From a virus (Duplodnaviria; Heunggongvirae; Uroviricota; Caudoviricetes), in the IMG/VR virus record IMGVR_UViG_3300027836_000006: DNA of 25,145 nucleotides. The stretch is one strand, 5' to 3'. Each line of letters starts with the position of its first letter. The first letter of the stretch is position 1. Positions 16,454 to 22,689 of the stretch are shown here, in pieces. A model generated the notes under the pieces. That model ran no database searches. It was not told where the DNA came from and saw only the letters and a list, made by a program, of their open reading frames with translations. Position numbers and translations under genes: made by a program.

Positions 16454-16825
16454 ATGCGTATTAGAGAGCTTTTAGAAGGCAAAAAATTTAATGACTTGGA
16501 CTTTGTTAAGAAGGACGGCGATAAAACTGATATCGACTATGATTTAACAGAAGACCTAGTATTTTATATGAATAACGATGACGATGTGTATCGCCGTGTT
16601 GTTTACCCAAGTGTAGTTACTTGTACAAATCGATTAGAAAGTAATCGTAAAACTAACCCAAGTATTTTTACCAATGCGGTAAAAGAAAGTTACAAGCAGT
16701 ATCTTAAAAAATTTCCAATGCGTCAATTGCCGTTAGATATTGACGAAGAAGTTTGTAAAGAAGCTTGTGAAAAAATGCATGAAGAAATATGCCAGAATCA
16801 CAGCGATAGCAACCTCAAGGACTAA
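16454..16825 (+). CDS. Hypothetical protein, 123 aa, capsid-targeting-like N-terminus (MRIRELLE)
   Basis: First gene of the late block; N-terminal motif shared with its neighbours. Confidence 0.8.
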   Translation: MRIRELLEGKKFNDLDFVKKDGDKTDIDYDLTEDLVFYMNNDDDVYRRVVYPSVVTCTNRLESNRKTNPSIFTNAVKESYKQYLKKFPMRQLPLDIDEEVCKEACEKMHEEICQNHSDSNLKD

Positions 16826-16828
16826 ACA

Positions 16829-18055
16829 GTGTTACTTAGAGAATTGTTCTATCGAGAAAATGCTCAACCAGCTGACGACAGCATGGAAAAATACGGCCGA
16901 GCTTTTAATCATCCGGAGCATTTGGTATTCTTTAAAGGATCTCAAGGCACGTTAGAAGCCTTAAATCATTTTAAACAAATTGCCGGTGAGACAGAAGGAC
17001 AAACAACTGTACGTGGTAAATGGGACGGTAATCCTCAAATTTATTGGGGCAGAGAAGTTGCCAATGGGCCATTAATTCTAGCAGGACATAATCAGTGGAG
17101 CCGTGGAGTTAAAGGCGATAGTAAAGAAACAGTATACGACTTTATTGCCAATCAAAGTGGTAAAGCAAAGACTCCTGAAGAAGTTAAACAGCGTCAACAG
17201 TTTGCTAACGAGTTTGCTAACTTGTATCCGCTATTTGATGCCGCTACTCCTAAAGACTTTGTAGGGTTCGTATATGCTGATAATTTGTTTGGAGTCGATT
17301 CGTCAAATCCTAAACGCTTAGAAAAACAAGAAGGCTATCCTAAAGGTGTTTGGACGTTCTGCCCTAATCCTAAATCCGATACTTGTTATCACGTCGATGC
17401 CGCTGGTGAGTTAGGACAGCGTATTAGTAAAGCACAAGTTATGGTTGTTGGCCATGCTAAGTTTGATACATTTGGCGCTGGTGATAGAGAACAACAGCCG
17501 ATGGACGACTTTGACATGTTTAATGGCACTAGCGGATTAATTGTACAAGGGCCTGTGTATACTAAAGGCGGAAGTAATCAAGACACGTCACAAGTTGATG
17601 AATTAATCGATTATGTAATTGATGAAGTAGACGGCGTCGGTGCCAACATCGATGCGTTTATCGGTAGCTTGCCTGATCCGGATAAAAATGGAATATTTTA
17701 TCCATTTTTTAATGCCATGAGTAATCTACATGCTAATAACGAACAAAGCTTCGATAGCATTACCGGACAAACTTTTATCGACTGGATGACAAAGAAAGGC
17801 GTAAGTAAGAATAAACAAGCACACGTGGTTGAGATGATCAAGCAACACCCTGGCGCACTTGACTCCATGTTAAAACTGATTAAAGACATTCGCAATATGA
17901 AAGATGAAGTGTATGCTTCATACCAAGGGCAAGGTAAACCAGAAATATGGGATACTAACGGAGAAGGGTACGTTCGCTACGCCCAGCCTGGGAATAAATA
18001 TGGTAACATAAAGATTGTTCCAACATCTTGGGCACCAGGGAAAAAATCAGCATGA
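16829..18055 (+). CDS. RNA-ligase-like covalent nucleotidyltransferase (probably DUF6267-like), 408 aa
   Basis: GTG start MLLRELF; HPEH, motif I KWDG (17018), motif III-like YADNLF, motif IV EGYV (17963), motif V KIV (18011). Family name recalled, not searched. Confidence 0.6.
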   Translation: MLLRELFYRENAQPADDSMEKYGRAFNHPEHLVFFKGSQGTLEALNHFKQIAGETEGQTTVRGKWDGNPQIYWGREVANGPLILAGHNQWSRGVKGDSKETVYDFIANQSGKAKTPEEVKQRQQFANEFANLYPLFDAATPKDFVGFVYADNLFGVDSSNPKRLEKQEGYPKGVWTFCPNPKSDTCYHVDAAGELGQRISKAQVMVVGHAKFDTFGAGDREQQPMDDFDMFNGTSGLIVQGPVYTKGGSNQDTSQVDELIDYVIDEVDGVGANIDAFIGSLPDPDKNGIFYPFFNAMSNLHANNEQSFDSITGQTFIDWMTKKGVSKNKQAHVVEMIKQHPGALDSMLKLIKDIRNMKDEVYASYQGQGKPEIWDTNGEGYVRYAQPGNKYGNIKIVPTSWAPGKKSA

Positions 18056-19146
18056 AATTAAGACAGTTATTTGAAAATATCTATCAAGAAGCTAGTGGCG
18101 TTACTAACGTAGCAATTATCTTTGGTAGATTCAATCCCCCGCATCAAGGGCATGCCGCCGCTTGGCGTACTGCTTCCAGTTTTGATGAATGGTTTGTTGG
18201 TACAAATGAAGGCACAGTTGGTCCGAAAGATCCTTTACCATTTAAAGTTAAGGTAGCTGCAATGAAGACTATCTATCCTGAAATTGAAGGTCACTTGGTA
18301 GCAGAACAAAGTTGGTGGACACTTGCTACAAAAGTTTATAAAAAGTACGGGCCTGTTACATTACATGTCGTTACTGATGAAAAAGATGCTAAGATATTTG
18401 TTCCTGGGTTACAGGATCAAAACGGTAAAGAAGGACCACACGGTTATTATAGATTTAAAGATATCAAGTGGGCAAAAGCTGATAGGATTTCAAGTGCCAC
18501 AGACCTACGAGCTGCAGTAGCCAATGATGATCCTAAGGCATTTGAACAGGCAGCAGGAGTACCTGCTAATATTGTTGTTGCTGGCCGGCCATTCTTTGAA
18601 TTAGTCAAGCATTATCTAACACCTTACTTACATCAGGCGGCAGAAAAAGAACAACAAAAAGCTGAAAGGGCTCGCCTTAAAGCAGAGAAAGAAGCTGCCA
18701 AAGCTGACAGGTTAGCAAGCAAACAACCAACAAGTCAAGAAGAGCCAGAAACACTCGCAGAGAAGATTCAAAAACTTGAATTGGAATTATTAGAAACATC
18801 TGAAAAACGTATTAGCAAACGTCAGCAACAAGCTACTGTAGGACTTAATACATTTGGTGATAGCGAGCATATGAACGCCGACTATACACAGTATAGATTA
18901 GGATTGGCTGTTGCTTGTGCTGACGGTGTTAATCCAATACCAGATATTGGTAAAACATGGGTAGGCAAAAGAAAATCTACGCATCCTTATACACAAGAAG
19001 AACAAGATATGCTGAAACAAGCATACAAAGCAGTTGGCGCAACTCATAAAGATTTAAACAAGGGCGATATGAAAAGTAGAGAATTAGATACTACATACAA
19101 AGTTAGCCCGGTAGCAAAACCTAAAAAGAACAAGTACGGAGTATAA
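18052..19146 (+). CDS. HxGH nucleotidyltransferase (cytidyltransferase/NMNAT-like) with an extra C-terminal domain, 364 aa
   Basis: ATG 18052 (ATGA-coupled, MKLRQLFE); FGRFNPPHQGH; ISSATDLR; then an Ala/Lys/Glu linker and a second domain. Confidence 0.8.
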   Translation: MKLRQLFENIYQEASGVTNVAIIFGRFNPPHQGHAAAWRTASSFDEWFVGTNEGTVGPKDPLPFKVKVAAMKTIYPEIEGHLVAEQSWWTLATKVYKKYGPVTLHVVTDEKDAKIFVPGLQDQNGKEGPHGYYRFKDIKWAKADRISSATDLRAAVANDDPKAFEQAAGVPANIVVAGRPFFELVKHYLTPYLHQAAEKEQQKAERARLKAEKEAAKADRLASKQPTSQEEPETLAEKIQKLELELLETSEKRISKRQQQATVGLNTFGDSEHMNADYTQYRLGLAVACADGVNPIPDIGKTWVGKRKSTHPYTQEEQDMLKQAYKAVGATHKDLNKGDMKSRELDTTYKVSPVAKPKKNKYGV

Positions 19147-19147
19147 C

Positions 19148-19585
19148 GTGGACGAAAAATACCATTTAGCATTAAAAACAGCATTTGCTAGCGAATACGC
19201 TTTTGCTATTAAAGCACAAAATTTTCATTGGAACGTAGAAGGTCCGTTGTTTGTACAACTACACGAATTGTTTGAAACTATCTATACAGAAGTATATGGT
19301 AGTATTGATACATTCGCAGAACAGTTGAGAGCATTACAAGTGTATACTCCAGCAAGTCTAGCAAAATTTAGTATGCTCACAAAAGTCGAAGACGAAAATG
19401 CTGTTCCAGAGTTTCACGGAATGTTAAGCGAACTATTAGAAGATAGCGAAAAAATGGCTAACATTTTCAAAATGGTTTTTAGTATGTCAGAGGCGGCAGG
19501 AGATCACGGCCTAAGTGACTTCTTAGCTAGTCGACAAGATGCTCACAAAAAGCATAGTTGGATGTTGAGATCTTGTTTAAAATGA
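19148..19585 (+). CDS. dps: Dps/ferritin-like protein
   Basis: KAQNFHWNVEGPLFVQLHELFETIY, DTFAEQLR, HKKHSWML. Confidence 0.9.
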   Translation: MDEKYHLALKTAFASEYAFAIKAQNFHWNVEGPLFVQLHELFETIYTEVYGSIDTFAEQLRALQVYTPASLAKFSMLTKVEDENAVPEFHGMLSELLEDSEKMANIFKMVFSMSEAAGDHGLSDFLASRQDAHKKHSWMLRSCLK

Positions 19586-19875
19586 AACAGTATAAGATAA
19601 CTACGGCAGACTTGAACCAATCTAGCGATGAAGATTGTTATTTGGCTCCAGAGGATCCTATACACGAGTTGAAAGCATTAGCTGGTATGGGCGGGCTTGG
19701 TGGCGAAGCAAGATTACACGAGTATCGTGCTAGTCAAGGAAGTAATATTAGTGTAACAGGCATGGAGAAGGGCGACTTGATGAAGCAACATAATATCAAG
19801 CCTGGCACACCTGAATGGTTTAAATTGTGGTTTAGTTTGCCGTTTATGACTGGCGAAAAACCAGTAGGAAAATAA
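19582..19875 (+). CDS. Conserved phage hypothetical protein, 97 aa (IKPGTPEWFKLWFS)
   Basis: ATG 19582 is ATGA-coupled to dps; preferred to the track start at 19558. Confidence 0.8.
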   Translation: MKQYKITTADLNQSSDEDCYLAPEDPIHELKALAGMGGLGGEARLHEYRASQGSNISVTGMEKGDLMKQHNIKPGTPEWFKLWFSLPFMTGEKPVGK

Positions 19876-19876
19876 A

Positions 19877-20146
19877 ATGAAAGTCCATGAGATTTTATCA
19901 GAAACTGCTACAGCTGGCGCTACTAGTTCAGGAAATATAGCAACAGTAGTAAGCCCACACCTTGCCATTGGCAAGAAACGTGGTAGTAAGAGTTACATCG
20001 GTGATCCGTGGGGCGGAAAATCAGGCACTAAAGCCCCTAAACCACCGAAAGTTAAACAGAAAAAGAACAAAAACGGCACTGCTGTAAATGCTTTGGACAT
20101 GAAAGGTACAAGTATTTTCGGCGGTACTACTATCAAAAGACGCTAA
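19877..20146 (+). CDS. Basic small protein, 89 aa, capsid-targeting-like N-terminus (MKVHEILSE)
   Basis: ETATAGATSSGNIA after the motif; Lys-rich remainder. Confidence 0.8.
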   Translation: MKVHEILSETATAGATSSGNIATVVSPHLAIGKKRGSKSYIGDPWGGKSGTKAPKPPKVKQKKNKNGTAVNALDMKGTSIFGGTTIKRR

Positions 20147-20149
20147 ATA
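20144..20149 (+). promoter_or_regulatory. Putative late promoter TAAATA
   Basis: Overlaps the upstream TAA, 21 nt before ATG 20171 (SD GGAG). Confidence 0.55.
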
Positions 20150-20170
20150 TATTATAACGGAGTTTAAATC

Positions 20171-21928
20171 ATGCAAGACATGCAACCAGATAACACAATG
20201 AACGCTTTGCCTAATGGCGAAGTTGACCGCGAAGGCGCAATGGCTAAAGCGGATTTATACAAGCTAGCTAACTACTCATTAAAGCTATTCAAAAAGGTCC
20301 AAGACGAAGACCAGATGGAAGCATGGGTACAGGCTAAGATTACCAAAGCCGCTGACTATATTGCCAGCGTATATCACTACTTAGAATATGAAATGAAATT
20401 TAGTGAATACGGTGATCACCTGTCCAACGCTGAAGTGTATAACGAAAGCATGAGTCCAGAGCTTAGAAACAAGTTGATGGAAGCTAAAGAAAAGATTAAA
20501 GAACTTAAAAAACTCCAAGCTGATAAACAATCTGGTAAAGAAAAGAAAGTTGCTGAAGGTATTCTAAGCGGTGGCGAAGAAACTTGTACAGAGTGTGGTG
20601 GATCTGGTATGATTTACAGAGAAGCAACACCGGTTCCAGCTCACGTTAAAGATAAAGTTGAAAAATACAAGCGTCAAACTAAAGCATACCATGCCGCGTC
20701 AAAGCGTATCGATGCTAACAAGAATGGTATTCCAGACGACGAAGAAGTTTCTGAAGACTCCGACGATAAAGAAATGAAAGTTGGCGATACAAAGAAAACT
20801 CGCACTGGCGAATTAACTAAAACTTCAACTGGCGTAATTCACAAGAATACCAGCTACAAAGATGAAGGCGATGAAATTGCTTCAAACGCTAAATCAGGTA
20901 AAGGTATTAAGAGTCATGCTAAAGCACAATCGGCCGCTGAAAAGAAAGAAAAAGCTCCGGCACAAAAGATGTCTCCAAAAAGTGCCAAGACATGGGGAAT
21001 GAAAGACAGCGAGAAGTTTGACAACAGAGACGGTGCTCCTGCTAAGCCAAAGAAAGAAAAAGAAGTTGACGAAACTTACGGCCAGGGCATTTATGCTGAA
21101 GGTAAAGGCAAGAAGCCAGATTTCCTAGATATGGATAAAGACGGTGACAAGAAAGAGCCAATGAAAAAAGCTGTTGCTGATAAGAAAGCAGGCCCAAAGA
21201 AAGGTGTCAATCCATTTGCTAAGAAAAATGAAGGTATTGTAAATACCGCCGTAAAGAGTGTTGTTGGATTAGTAAAGAAGCCGGCCGCAACAACAGCCGA
21301 GAAGAATGCTGCAGCACATGCGGCTAACAAAGGCAAGAATATGCCATCTAGTGGAAATGCCGCAGACGACTACGACTATTCCACTGGTCGGGATAAAGTC
21401 TTAGGCGGAGAAAAGAAAGTGGACGAAGCTTCAAAACCATCTGCTGGTATGTCTAAGGCAGAAAAGTCAGCAACTGTTAAAGATGCTAAAGCAGGTAAAG
21501 ACATTGGTAAGCCAGGTAAGTCATTTGACAAAGTAGCCAAGGCTGCTGGCGGCGGCGAGAAAGGTACTAAGATTGCCGCTGCCGCTATGTGGAAGAACAA
21601 AGCTAAAGCAATGAAAGAAAGTTTAGAAAGTATGCTTCCTACAATCCAAGAATCCGAAATGGATCCAGCAATAATGAAGATTGTACAAGCTGCACAACAA
21701 AAAGATCCAGATGGTTTTAAAGATGCGGCGGCAAAAGGTCCAGAAGCACTTGCTGACTACTTGAATAGTTTTGCTCCAGAGCAAAGTGCAACCGCAACTG
21801 ATCCAGGGCAAAGCGCATCCGCAACTACTCCTGATGAAGAGCCTGACATGGCATACAATACAGAATCAATTAATGAATCAGCTGATTTGGATCGTATGAA
21901 GCAATTTTTAACACGCTTAAACGGATAA
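20171..21928 (+). CDS. Highly charged modular protein, 585 aa; probable prohead core/internal protein
   Basis: K/E/D/A-rich; EAWVQAKITKAADY helix, CTECGGSG, DANKNG, DMDKDGD; many xxE-(S/G/A/D/T) junctions. Confidence 0.55.
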   Translation: MQDMQPDNTMNALPNGEVDREGAMAKADLYKLANYSLKLFKKVQDEDQMEAWVQAKITKAADYIASVYHYLEYEMKFSEYGDHLSNAEVYNESMSPELRNKLMEAKEKIKELKKLQADKQSGKEKKVAEGILSGGEETCTECGGSGMIYREATPVPAHVKDKVEKYKRQTKAYHAASKRIDANKNGIPDDEEVSEDSDDKEMKVGDTKKTRTGELTKTSTGVIHKNTSYKDEGDEIASNAKSGKGIKSHAKAQSAAEKKEKAPAQKMSPKSAKTWGMKDSEKFDNRDGAPAKPKKEKEVDETYGQGIYAEGKGKKPDFLDMDKDGDKKEPMKKAVADKKAGPKKGVNPFAKKNEGIVNTAVKSVVGLVKKPAATTAEKNAAAHAANKGKNMPSSGNAADDYDYSTGRDKVLGGEKKVDEASKPSAGMSKAEKSATVKDAKAGKDIGKPGKSFDKVAKAAGGGEKGTKIAAAAMWKNKAKAMKESLESMLPTIQESEMDPAIMKIVQAAQQKDPDGFKDAAAKGPEALADYLNSFAPEQSATATDPGQSASATTPDEEPDMAYNTESINESADLDRMKQFLTRLNG

Positions 21929-21932
21929 TAGT

Positions 21933-22676
21933 ATGGACATGAAACGCATCTTAGAAAAGTTAGATCAAGCTGGTTCTAAGCCAGCTGTTGATTCAAACGA
22001 CATGAAACGATTTGTGTCTATTGTCAATGAAGGTGCGAATCCTCACAAGGTTGCATTGCCAGTACAAATGGCAATGCAACATTATCAAGAAGTAACCGCA
22101 GAAAAAACTCCTGTTAAAGAGTCATTACTTAAAAAGTATTTTGCCGAAGCACAAGATGTGGCGGTACAAGCGGCTGAACAACAAGCAGTTGAAAAGCAAC
22201 AACAATTAAGTATGTACGCACAACGTATTGCTAAAAAGGTTTTAGAAGGTCACAAAGACGATGCTTGGACTAGAGACTATAAGTCTAGCACTAGCGGCTT
22301 TGATCGTAAAGATTCACTAGCATACCAAATGGACGGTGGTGCTAATGATGAAGGCTGGGATGAAGAAGAACCAAGACAGCATAGACATTATAAAAAATAC
22401 TCGCCTAATAACAAATCAAAAGAAAATCCTAACGAAGGCATTCTAGGTGATATTAAAGATGCTGTTGTTGGCAAGAGCGCAGAAGACTGGGCTAAAACAA
22501 GTACACAAATGGCCGCATTAATTAAAATGCGAGCACAATATCCAAACAATAAAGAATTAGAACAACGTATTAGCGATTTGGCATTTAGACTAAATCAAGG
22601 GTCTGGAGAAGTAATGGACTACGATCCTAAAACAGGACGACAATTTCCAAAATCGCCACTGCCACCAAAACAATAA
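21933..22676 (+). CDS. Hypothetical internal-protein-like, 247 aa (MDMKRILEKLD)
   Basis: Long ORF with composition like its neighbours. Confidence 0.8.
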   Translation: MDMKRILEKLDQAGSKPAVDSNDMKRFVSIVNEGANPHKVALPVQMAMQHYQEVTAEKTPVKESLLKKYFAEAQDVAVQAAEQQAVEKQQQLSMYAQRIAKKVLEGHKDDAWTRDYKSSTSGFDRKDSLAYQMDGGANDEGWDEEEPRQHRHYKKYSPNNKSKENPNEGILGDIKDAVVGKSAEDWAKTSTQMAALIKMRAQYPNNKELEQRISDLAFRLNQGSGEVMDYDPKTGRQFPKSPLPPKQ

Positions 22677-22689
22677 TTAGGAAAGAGAC

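Noticed and set aside
98-19558. Track start sites at 98, 3420, 5280, 10753, 11880, 18028 and 19558
   Set aside because: Better starts with SD or stop/start coupling exist at 3456, 5355, 10825, 11901, 18052 and 19582; the first gene begins upstream of the window.
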